Source of the DNA: Camelus ferus
Lineage: Eukaryota
Assembly (NCBI RefSeq): GCF_009834535.1
Contig: NC_045715.1
Span: 5,208,001-5,272,000 of the forward strand
Length of the DNA: 64,000 nt
Direction of reading: 5' to 3'
Position 1 is the stretch's first letter; each line of letters starts with the position of its first letter. Of this stretch, positions 50,930 through 61,229 are shown piece after piece. A program made the position numbers and the translations under genes. The notes under the pieces were generated by a model. The model ran no database searches. It worked only from the letters and a program-made list of their open reading frames with translations, and was not told where the DNA came from.

Positions 50930-51510
50930 AATACTAAAGCGAGAACTGGTGAACTTGTAGTTCTCTCTTTAGTATTTAACGTAGATGGGTCTAAAGAGAG
51001 TGTCCAACCTGGAGATGAAGAGGTAGGTGATAAAAATGTGCAGCTGAGAGATGTTGAAGTTTGGGGAGAAAGTACACCTCAGTGGTAGAATGCATGCTTA
51101 CCATGCACAGGGTCCTAGGTTCGATCCCCAGTACCTCCATTTAATTAATAAATAGACATAATCACCTCTCCCCAAAACATTTTTTAAAAAAACAGATGTG
51201 GAAGTTAGAATGAGAAAGTCTAATATAACATGCATCTAACTGTCATTGTCAGAGGAAACGGAAGTTAATGCAGGAGAGACCATCTTTGATGAGCTAATGG
51301 CTAAGACTTTTGTCAGAACTGATGGGAGGTAGAGAACCACAGACACACAAAGGCCACTGTAATCCGAGTGGAATAAACAAAAGGAAACACACAGCTCGGT
51401 GTGTTGTCGTGAAGCTGCAGCACACCAAGGATGAGGACGCAGAAGCAACCAGAGAAACCAAGTCATCAAAAAAGACATGATTAGTCTGACACAATGAATA
51501 CAGACTTTGA
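50930..51510 (+). mobile_element. Ancient L1M ORF1-region remnant, interrupted by SINE copy 7
   Basis: atctttgatgagctaatggctaagacttttgtcagaactgatg and gtggaataaacaaaaggaaacacacagc...gtgaagctgcagcacaccaagg resemble old L1 ORF1. Confidence 0.6.
51062..51193 (+). mobile_element. Camelid tRNA-derived SINE, long-tail form, copy 7 (sense to BMP6)
   Basis: cctcagtggtagaatgcatgcttaccatgcacagggtcctaGGTTCGATCCccagtacctcc. 13-bp TSD agatgt(t/g)gaagtt at 51049 and 51194. Confidence 0.92.
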
Positions 51511-51580
51511 TTTCTCCTCTCAGTCACGGTACATTTCACCCAATATTTCTGTGCAGTCGAAATCAGAGATGTGACATGAA

Positions 51581-52133
51581 CCCTAGTGTTCACANNNNNN
51601 NNNNNNNNNNNNNNNNNNNNNNNNNNNNNNNNNNNNNNNNNNNNNNNNNNNNNNNNNNNNNNNNNNNNNNNNNNNNNNNNNNNNNNNNNNNNNNNNNNNN
51701 NNNNNNNNNNNNNNNNNNNNNNNNNNNNNNNNNNNNNNNNNNNNNNNNNNNNNNNNNNNNNNNGTGAAGAAAGTCTGACAAAGAAAAACAAATATCATAT
51801 GTTATCACTTATATGTGGAATCTTAAAAAAATGATACAAATTTTACTTCAAATCAAAGATAGACTCACAGACATAGAAAACAAATTTATAGTTACCAAAG
51901 GGAAAAGGGCAGGGAAGGGATAAATTAGGAATTTGGGATTAACAGACACACTACTATATATAAAATCAGTAAACAATGAGGACCTACTGTACAGCACAGA
52001 GAACTCTATTCAATTCCTTATAATATATAATGGAAAAGAATCTGAAAAAATGTATGTATATGTATAACTGAATTGCCTTGCTGTACACATGAAACTAATA
52101 TTGTAAATCAACTACATTTCAACTTAAAAAAAA
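51581..52133 (+). mobile_element. 5'-truncated L1 3' end with assembly gap 51595-51763 (169 N)
   Basis: aacaaatatcatatgttatcacttatatgtggaatctt, agactcacagacatagaaaacaaa, aggacctactgtacagcacagagaact, and an A-tail. Confidence 0.92.
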
Positions 52134-52659
52134 GGGTGTGGGAGAGTCTTGAATTTTCTCTTTAGGCATTTTTGACTGAAGAACCTGTTCAACTTTTCTT
52201 ATTTGCAGAAAAAATGTATGTTGTGTATGTTGATATTACTGAACGTAGTCTGATCGCTTCTTTATAGCAGTCCTTGGAAGCAGGCAAAAATGGGGTTCTT
52301 TGATATCAGCGAGACTCCGTCCAGGCGGCCCTGGTTCGGTTGAAGCCTCTCCTCGTGGCGCGCGCTTGCTGGCTTCAGCACTGAGTGCGTGCTCGTGTTG
52401 GCTGAGGTCCACGCCCCGTCCCACTCTAGCTCGGTCCCTTAGCGGTAAGGCCCGTGTGGTGGTGGCTACTGAGCCGACGGTGATATCAATACCTGTATGG
52501 GGCTATGAACAAAGGTTCTAAGGTGAGGTTTTCACAACAGCAATAATGGTGTGGTTAACCCTTATGACTAATGACAACACGTAAGCACTTATTATTGGTC
52601 CCAAAGCTCTTTATAGGATCCGGGCTGAGTCTGGTCTTTAAACGTCATTGGGAATAGAA

Positions 52660-53130
52660 GGGGAGCCTGAGGGAGTTCCCTTGTGCTGACTGGACAGTTC
52701 TGTACCTGGATTGTGGTGGTGGTTATAGGAATCTTCACATGTGATCAAATACCGTAGAATCATATACATACATACCCAAAGGAGTGCACGTAAAAACTGC
52801 CAGGATCAGAGGAGAGCCTGTCATCTTAATTAAGGTACTAATGCCAGTGTCAGTTTCCTGGTTTTGCTGCTGCCCTGCAGTTATATAAGATGTTGCACAG
52901 GACCAATCTGCTTTAAAAAAAAAAAAATTGGGTGGGGGAGGTAATTAGGTTTACTTGTTTATTATTATTATTTTTTTATTTAATGGAGGTACTGTGGCAT
53001 GAACCCATGACCTCATGCATGTTAAGCATGTGCTCTACCACTGAGCTGTACCCTCCCCCCTACTTTTTTTTAATCTATCCTATTTTTGCAACCACATGTG
53101 GATCTATAATTATTTAAAATAAAAAGTAAA
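52660..53130 (+). mobile_element. Old L1MC-type 3' end, split by SINE copy 8
   Basis: gttctgtacctggattgtggtggtggttataggaatcttcacatgtgatcaa...gtcagtttcctggtttt, resuming as atttttgcaacc...ctataattatttaaaataaaaagt. Confidence 0.7.
52912..53060 (-). mobile_element. Camelid tRNA-derived SINE, long-tail form, copy 8
   Basis: ggtaattaggtttac...ggcatgaacccatgacctcatgcatgttaagcatgtgctctaccactgagctgtaccctcc. Confidence 0.9.
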
Positions 53131-53561
53131 GTTTGGGGGAAAAAAGTCATTTAGAGCATGGCAGCCAGGAAAATAGATTCTTCCTGATATTTGTGGCTCT
53201 CACAGAACATTAATGTGAACATTCAGAAATATTTGGTGAACCCTGGCAGGTAAAGAGTCATCTGACGGTGGTTAAAAAGTGAGTTGGGGAGTTCAGCTCA
53301 GAGTCTCTATTACTATTTAAGGTTGTACCCTTGCAACACAAAAGTCAAAAGGCCACCATTGTTACAACACTTGGAAAACTAGCCAGAACTTTCTGTGTTG
53401 CCTAAAATTAAATGAACTTGTACCATTGCATGAAAAAATGTTTACACTTGTCAGTGGAATGGTAACTTTTTTAAGAAAGGGTTTCAGGCTTTTCAAGTTT
53501 GGTCTCTAAGTGGAAGCATTAAGCATTTGGAAAATGTAGAATTTATTGTGGACTGAATATA

Positions 53562-53717
53562 CAGTTGATCCTTGAACAACGTGGGTCCACTTCTTGGGGA
53601 ATATTTTTTCAATATTAGATACTACAGTACCACATGGTCCATGGGTGGTTGAATCCATGGATTTGGAGAAACTGAGGATGTGAAGGATTGACCCCCAAGT
53701 TGTTCAAGGGTCAACTG
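53562..53717 (+). mobile_element. Internally deleted Tigger1-type MITE (156 bp) with TIRs and TA TSD
   Basis: TA|cagttgatccttgaacaac ... gttgttcaagggtcaactg|TA. The TIRs match at 18/19. Confidence 0.9.
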
Positions 53718-54039
53718 TAATCCCCTTCACTGAGCTGCACTGAATGAACCATTGAGTGAGTCCAGTTATTGAGAAAATAATGAATATGTGACTCTCTTTA
53801 ATATATTAAGAGATTGTTCTATTCTTTTCCCTCCTTCTTTCTTCTCTCTTTTATATTTGCAGTTGAAGTAGGCGGTGTCTTTATTTTTCTCTAGACAACT
53901 GTAATTGATATAATTCATACTTTATGGGATGATAGGAAATGCCTATATTAAAATATCTTATTACAATCACATTAAGCAGTAGTGAGAAATAAAAAGAAAA
54001 CGACCTCCAGCACGATGAATCAAGAAAAAGGGAATCACA

Positions 54040-54300
54040 AGTAAACAGAATTAGAATGAGAAAAACCCTCTGCGACTTAGCGATAACACATACGGAGTAG
54101 AACTCTTGTTTCTAAAAAGCAGGTGAGTACCAGACACCTCATCACAGGAGGCCGCTTTTGGGTGGAGGCGGGGAACGCTCCGTGGAGCTATGGGTCACAT
54201 TCCAGTTTTTAAGTTTGGTGCTGGCCCCTTGGTGCTTTATTATTATGCTTCATTTCCTCCATAAATCACCTATATCTTTTTGTACGTATACTATTACATA
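54040..54300 (+). mobile_element. Old L1ME-type 3' end
   Basis: cattccagtttttaagtttggtgctggcccc...ttattattatgcttc...tgtacgtatactatt. Confidence 0.5.
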
Positions 54301-54904
54301 ATTTACACTTACGATCTTAACCCAGTAACATTTATTCCTTAGGGCTGTGGCTCCTGCCTGTTGGCCAGAGGTCTGGTGCTGGTCTGAAATTTCCACTGGT
54401 AAAGTCTGAGGCAGAGAGAGAGAACAGAGTGAGTTTTATAAGACTAAACGGATTCAACCTCAAGGATTTGTGTCTATCCTTCAGTTATGTCCTTCCTACT
54501 TGATTTGCTGTTCAAAGGACCTTTAAAAATAAAACCACTGAGTTCAAAGGGCGCAGTCTGTTGCCTTATTTGTTTTATTGTCCTTACAAGTGGCAAACGG
54601 ACACAGTCAATGCCCTTGGGTGAGGTCATTACCGTTAAAAAAATGTTTTCACTGGTCCTTGAAATAAAAAATTCTAGGAATTCCTGCCTCAGAGAACACA
54701 GCACTGTATCCAGGAGCCAAGCCCCAGGGCTGGTGACATGACAGTGGTGTCACTCGCTGCCCTTTCTGCAGAATGCGTCGCTCCCATTTAAAGAGCTTTT
54801 ATAGAGGAGGCGTTCAGCGGCTGTCTCTAAAGACTCATGAGTAAATCTGAAAAACTCAGCAAACACACTCTCCACCCAGAGAAGCTAGATTCTCAAATAT
54901 CAGC

Positions 54905-55110
54905 TAATGATCCTTACAACTAACGTGCACTGCACACTCACTCTACCGTGGACTGTTCTGTACAGATGGTCTCACTTAATCTTCACAAATGTTGTTATTC
55001 CCACCTAACAGATAACTGAAACTGACTAATACCTTGCACAGCATCACCTAAATAAGAGAAGGTGGAGCTGGAATTCAAAACCATTTTGGCAGCTTTAAGC
55101 ACGTCGTCCG
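54905..55110 (-). mobile_element. MIR SINE
   Basis: cacttaatcttcacaaatgttgttattcccacctaacagataactgaaactgac...gagctggaattcaaaacca. Confidence 0.65.
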
Positions 55111-55810
55111 CGCTCCTGGCTGCTACTTACGTGTATTGCACACGTGGCACCAGCTTTGAGAAGCCAAGTGCAGGGGCTGCAGGATTGGTACTGAGCACTG
55201 GATTCAGAACTCAGTCCTCTCTCGTATTTCTTGAACTGCCTGATGTTTAAGGAGCCCAGTTCACAGAGCTTGCAAGGGGACTGCTAAGCTCACTGGAAAC
55301 ACGACTATTTTACTGTTGTGGTCTTCCAGTGCACACATTCCTGCCTCCCTAGAGACATCATGAGAGGTTCAGGAGATGATAAAGGCTTTAGGTGGGAGAG
55401 CTTAAAATGAGGTGGGTAGCAATCCGAGACTCATGGGGGCTGAGGAGACCGTGAATCTTCCCCCGGAAGGATGAAGGCAAAGCAGAAGACAGGTTAGCGT
55501 GCTCCGAGATTCGGTGGGGGAGAATGGGGGAAAGTCACAAATAAGGCACTGAGTTCTAATTCACACTGTAGTAAAATGCGGGCTCTGAACTACACTGCTG
55601 GTTTCCCATTTTTAGGTTCTTTCTCTCTCTCTTCACATCTGTCTGTGAGCTTTTGCCAGGATTCTTCCTTAGTCATACATGTCGCCTCCCAGGATTTCAA
55701 AATCCCTTATCCCTAAGAACTGTATGTTTCTCCCCTTCCCGGCAAGGTCAGACTCCCCTTCTCTCTTCCTCTCCCTCTCTTATCCTCTCTGGCCCTCCCT
55801 CCTCTTCTTG

Positions 55811-56395
55811 GGTGAGTTGCCGGTTACCGGGTAACAAATCACCCAACACATAGTGGCTTCAAACAGCCGCGTACTGTTACTCCCTCTCGCAGTCTCGGGA
55901 ATGGCTAGGTTCAGCCGAGTCTCGGTTCCCACACAAGGGATCTCACGCGACTGCCCTCAGCTGGGAACTGAGGTCGGTGTCATCGCCCTGGGCGGGACAT
56001 CCCCGCTGGCGTCTTCATCGCATGTCTAGTGCCTCGGCTGAGGTGGCTGGAGACTGACCGGACATTCCCCTCCGTCCTTCCCTCCTTCCTTCCCCATCTG
56101 TGTGCTCAGGCACCACAGAGCCTCTCTACGTGGTTAGCATGGACTTTTTCACAGCACAGAGGTTCCGGGGTAGCTGGATTCTTACATGGCAGCCGTCTTT
56201 CCCCCAGACACGCAACCCAAGAAGCAATGGAAGGCAGCTGAAAGCTTACGGCCCAGCCTCGCAGGGCACTCGGCGCCGCTGCTGCCTCCTCTTATTCCAG
56301 AGCCCAAGGCAGAGGGACCGCCCTAGGGTGCGAGCACGGGAGCTGTGGCTTACTGGGGGGCGCACCCCTCCAGAGACTAGTGAACATACTTCTCA
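55811..56395 (-). mobile_element. MLT1G/H-like MaLR solo LTR
   Basis: gtaacaaatcacccaacacatagtggcttcaaacag...tagcatggactttttcacagc...gtagctggattcttacatggcagc. Confidence 0.7.
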
Positions 56396-58386
56396 CTTAT
56401 TGAAATGTCTGCCCCTTTCTTATTCCTTATAATTGAAAAGTCTTATGTCACTGTTTTATATCTTGCTTTGCATCCATATTTTTTCTTCCTAACGGTGGCT
56501 CCTGTTGAGGACAATGGCAAGGCTTCTCTGAGGAATTCTTAGGCATTCTTTCAAAAGAATCTTGAGGCTATGCTTTCATTTATGATTAAAATTTCAGCAC
56601 CCAAAAGGCCCTCTAGGGAAGCTTTGTGACTATTTTTCAGAAAGTCTCTTTGGGAAATCAGATTTGATTCACTTTTTAACCACTGATGATAACATATCAA
56701 ACTTAAAGGCAGATCAGTTTTAGAGAAAAGCAATCCACCCTCATGTGTGGGTGTCCTTGGGTGAACTCCCCAACAATCTTGCTTTTCATGCTTGGCCACT
56801 AATTAAAAAACCTGTTCTCTTGTTGGGACTGAACCATAGTTTACTTTCTGGCTGGACTTTCTTTTTTTTTTTTTTCACTTACATTCAAGCTCTTCCACAA
56901 GCCAAAGCTTATTCTCCCCCACCCTCCCAGCAACTCCCCCACAAAAGGGATAACTGGAATCTAAAAGATTTGTTGCCTGGTCACATGGCAGTTTCAGAAA
57001 TTCTTTGTTTAAAACCTCAGACGGATGGAGGGCTTAACTTTCCTGAGCTTCCGCAATGCCATTGAGGTCTCAAGTTCTTATAAAGAGTTATTGGCTTTTT
57101 TTTTCTTTTTCAAAAGAAGCTAAATCTGCAAAGCTTTTCTCTGGTGATCATGGAAAACAGCACATGGGGGAGAAAGTGGGCAGTTGGAGGTGGCAAATAA
57201 CTTGATTTTTTTTTTTTCTCTGCCCACAAGTCCCGGAAAAACTCTGCATCAAGGATTCATTTGCTCATGAGATTTCACTGTGGTTGCCACTAAGGAAAAA
57301 AACTCCTAGGAACCGTAGGGCAGACGGGTTTCTGAGCTCTGGGGAGAGAGGACCTGTGGTGGGAAGCCAGGCGCTCCTTTTCCCGTTTACAAGGATGAGA
57401 GTTAAGCATCCGAGGTTGATAGCGTCTCTCTCACACTGAGCTGGATCCAGCCCTCTGATAAATGACTGAAGCATGATCAGCAGTAGTTGGGGTTTTCCAT
57501 AATTTGCCTTTAAGAAAGGAAAAGGTTTCATTTAAAAAGAAAAACACCTTTTAGATGCAGTCCTTTCCCAGTTTTTAAAAAAGCATTCAAAAATAGCAAA
57601 TTATCCTGTTGGCGAATTCTTTCTGCATCTCTGGCCTCAGACTTGGGTTCCACATGCAGATTAAATGGAAGCTTCACAGCAACCGAGGGTCCTCCGCTCA
57701 GAGTCATTCAGCCCTCAGTTTCTTCCAGTGGACTTTAGAGCAAGATTTTCTACGAAGCTTTCCACTGAACCCCTGAGCAAAAATTTCCACTGGACATGAG
57801 GCAAAGCATGTGGGCCCTTGGGGCCTGAGGCCCAGGCAGAATGCACTGCCCACCCCTCTCTGCCACCACCAGGACCCCCATGAAGGTCAGCTCAGGGCTC
57901 CCCTTGGTCTTGCCAATCTCTTGAAGACAAGAGAATGAACCAGCCTGGGGGCAGAGCCTCAGGAAGGAGGGGGGGCTGGGCAGGGACCACGGGGCCAGGA
58001 CAGGCGTTCTCAGTCACCGTTTCCTGAATTCTGACAGCTTCCCCATGAAGCCCTCTTCATCCCATCCGTGCAGGTGGGGAGACCTGAAGCCAAGAGTTTC
58101 AATAACTTGCTTTCATGCACCTTGGTTAAACTCAGTATTTAAAGTCTTTCCGTGGAATCTAAGAATTTTATTTAAGCCTTGGGTAAAATGAAGGATTTTC
58201 ATCTCAGCCCGTCTGACAGCCTCGCCAGTGGTCCTTTCCATCACCCTCCCCACCCTGGTCCCTCGAACAAGCCCTCGGTAACCGGTAATCCGCTTCTGAA
58301 GTAAAACGGGGGAGCTTTCTGGAGGTGAGCCTGTGGCACTTGGCCGAGTAACGACAGCTGTCACTCTCTCTTGTTTGATCCTATAG

Positions 58387-58579
58387 TGGAGTACGACAAG
58401 GAGTTCTCCCCTCGCCAGCGGCACCACAAAGAGTTCAAGTTCAACCTATCCCAGATTCCTGAGGGTGAGGCGGTGACGGCGGCAGAGTTCCGAGTCTTCA
58501 AGGACTGTGTTGTGGGCAGTTTTAAAAACCAAACTTTTCTTATCAGCATTTATCAAGTCTTACAGGAGCATCAGCACAG
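58387..58579 (+). CDS. BMP6: BMP6 internal coding exon (equivalent to human exon 2), TGF-beta-family prodomain
   Basis: Translation (V)[63 protein letters not shown](R) matches the BMP6 propeptide. Acceptor is ctctctcttgtttgatcctatag| (AG 58385-86) and donor is CAG|gtatga (GT 58580-81). Length 193 nt, phase 1 to phase 2, as I recall for human exon 2. Confidence 0.98.
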
Positions 58580-59074
58580 GTATGAAGGCTCGAGGCACCC
58601 CAGAGGGTGGGGCTGGCCCCCGTTTCCCTCCCTGTGGTCCCATCACCCCGAGTATGTCTGTGGAAGGTGGCGTGGAGTTCAGCGGCAGCGCCCCAGCGCG
58701 AGCAGGGATGTGTCACCGGTGGTCGCACGGAGCCAGCAAGCAGACTTTTTTTTTGCTAGTCAGTTGAAGATTTTCCAAACAGCATTCTTTTCCGAAGCAA
58801 GCCAGTGAGTGGGATTTACTAAGCCCCCTTTGTGATCAGAGAACACATGACTTACTGGGGTTAGTATGTGTCCCACTAACGTTTAGTCTCTGCTTTGAAT
58901 GTTGGGTGAGAGAGACTAACATAAACTCACGTCTGAAAATTGTATGAGGATGGTTCTAAATGCTACTGATTCAAGTCAATAGATGGCTCTGTGTTTGTGT
59001 GCATAACACACACACATATGATACGTCTTTGAGTGAGTGTGTTTGTATATGTGTGTGTCTCAAAGGTATTCTTT

Positions 59075-59376
59075 TTTTTAATATATATTTGAAAAGGCAG
59101 CATGATTTCTTTTTTTGTGCTCTTTTTTAACACCTTTAATGTGGTATGATTCCTGTACAGTAAACTACACATATTTCACGTGTACACTTTGATGAATTTT
59201 GATAGATGTCTACACCCATGAAACCGCCACCACAATCAGGATAGCAAACATCTCCATCACTCCCCTAGGGGTGCAAATTTCGAGTTCCCAGTTTATCCCC
59301 TCCCACCCCCTTTCTTCCCTGGTAACCGTAAGTTTGCTCTCTATGTCTGTGAGTCTGTTCTGTTCCGTAGATAAGT
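59075..59376 (-). mobile_element. Chimeric retro-insertion (young L1 3'UTR piece plus old L1M 3' end plus unique tail) flanked by a perfect 15-bp direct repeat
   Basis: tcaaaggtattcttt at 59060-59074 and 59377-59391. Poly-T follows the left copy, and the target reads CTTT/AT like an L1 endonuclease site. Confidence 0.75.
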
Positions 59377-61218
59377 TCAAAGGTATTCTTTATCACGTGG
59401 ACATGAGGAAACCATGGACTTTTTTCTCTGTGTCTGTATTCTTCTCGTTTCCTGAAATGAGGCCACACCATTTTACAAAAGAACAGCGGCGAAGTGTGTC
59501 CCTGGGGCCGCCTAGCAAAGAAAGAGAAACTTCCACGGAGTGACCGTTAGAGGCCTGGAAAGGCTGAGGGGTGAAGTATCGCAGCGGTGGGTTCCGTCCT
59601 GCCGCACACAGAAAACAAGCTCAGGGCCTTGAACCTGCTGAGTGTCAGGGGGCAGGTGAGCGGCTCAGCCAGGCCGGAGCACCTGCGGCCAAGGCTGGTT
59701 AGCGCGGCCAGTGGTCCTCCTGGGCCAGAGATGGGGACTCGGCCCGGAGACGACAGCCTGCCGACCGTACGGTAAATATGAAGATACAGTTAAAGGAAGA
59801 GGATGCAGGGGGCAGGAAGCCCCGCATTTGTGGATTCTATTAGCTTTGGTCTTATACACCAAGTCCAGATTCTTGCTTTTGGTCCTGGAAATCTATGGAC
59901 TTCCCAAGAAGGTCCAAAAGTTTGGAGCATGAAGGTCCAAAGGAATGAGTTTGGTTTCTCCTCCGCCGACAGATCTGTTTACAGGTCTGTCACAAACACA
60001 TGCGCTAAAATAACAACCCACATTGACTTGCCCCGTCAAAGGCTTGTTTTGAGCACACTGCCAACATCAGGCTCCGAGGCACACTCATGTCTGTAATGAG
60101 GGAAAGAGAGAAGGAGGGCCAGGCCGGGCTCTGGGGACACTCCTTGGACTGGGACACTCACACGGATGATTGTACGTGAATGCTTATTAGCTGGGGCAGT
60201 TAAATAATCAGTGAAATCCAGCCGCTGTGGTATCTTTCTAACAGACCCAGCTCTCAGAATGGCAGGGAAGTATCCTGCTGTCTGACTTTCACTCCTCAAT
60301 CAAAGCATGTTCAGTGACTTAACTGTTAAGGGCCTGTTTCGAACAATAAATTATTGGTTGCTGGATCTTCATTGCTTTCGCTGTTTCAGAGAGCGCTGGT
60401 GTTCAGTGGTTCCTTGGAACCGCTTCGGCTGCTGACTTTCAATCTGCCTAATGACACCCCACCTTCCTCCGGCAGGAATCACCTCCCGCTGGAGGGTATT
60501 TGTCTGGAATACATGGTTTTCTCTGTGGTGCAGGAAAAGTGTTACAGTGAAAACACTGGATTGGAGGTTTTGTGACTATGGAATTGTTTTCAAAATTATT
60601 ATTATTTAGAGAGAGAGGAGAGAGCTAGCAGACGTTTGTAAGGTTTATATTGAACTCCAGCCAAAAATGCACAGCTGCCTTGGGCTCAAGATGGTGGCGT
60701 CATGCCTTCTCCAGGCCAGCAGCGCGCTTGGAAAGCAAACTCCCAAACGATCCCAACCTTTGATGACTCTGTCGAAGCAGAGCTGTGGTCGCCCTGCCTT
60801 CTAGGCTGGGAGTATTTGGCGATTGGATGTGTTTCCTTTCTGTGTGGAGGGAAGCAGAAATACTGGGAGAACTGAGAGACTGTCGTGCTTTTGAAGAGTT
60901 CCAGGTTGGCCAGGAGGAGATTTTCTTCGCTTATCGGTGGCCCGGCGCCCAGGCCGCCTGCGGTCTGCTCACATGCTGCCAGGGGCCTCTATGTCGGGCT
61001 GTGGGACCCCTTCTGGGGAAGGTTCCATCTCCCCGTCTGTATTGTGTCGGGGTGTCTTGGCTGAGAAGGATCCCCCAATGCATGTGAAGAATTGTATTTG
61101 TCTAACCCGAGTGTAAGTGAAATTTGTGGTATTTGATGGATTAACTTAACAAATGTGGGTCTTGCAAAAGAGTTGGCCTCCTTGAAAAAGAAAAAAAAAA
61201 AAAAGGCTGGTTTTCCCA

Positions 61219-61229
61219 TGCTGAGTCAT
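61219..61229 (-). promoter_or_regulatory. Perfect NRF2/NFE2-small MAF antioxidant response element motif
   Basis: TGCTGAGTCAT (reverse complement ATGACTCAGCA). Motif evidence only. Confidence 0.5.

Larger units (their letters stand above)
1..58386 (+). other. BMP6: BMP6 intron 1 (3' portion; exon 1 lies upstream of the window)
   Basis: No exon-1 peptide (e.g. DADMVMSFVNL) is found upstream of exon 2. The sequence is repeat-rich and non-coding. BMP6 intron 1 is known to be very long in mammals. Confidence 0.9.

Noticed and set aside
51062-51140. tRNA-like A/B boxes in SINE heads as possible tRNA genes
   Set aside because: They have A-rich tails, TSDs and eight diverged copies, so they are SINEs. 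No intact acceptor stem is present.
57728-57795. 9-bp inverted repeat tccagtgga/tccactgga with an internal gagcaa...tttccactg duplication
   Set aside because: It is too short to assign to a MITE family, shows no TSD and is compatible with chance or local duplication.
58580-58808. BMP6 frame stays open for about 76 codons past the exon 2 donor (ORF 58371-58808)
   Set aside because: BMP6 similarity stops exactly at CAG|gtatga. The extension is GC-rich intron. The TTG start is in the polypyrimidine tract.
60944-60966. GGCGCC with nearby GTCT as a SMAD1/5 BMP-response element (autoregulation)
   Set aside because: Spacing is 13 nt rather than the canonical 5 nt. None of the GGCGCC sites I found (about 5114, 18599, 19004, 56273, 60944) has a correctly spaced SBE.
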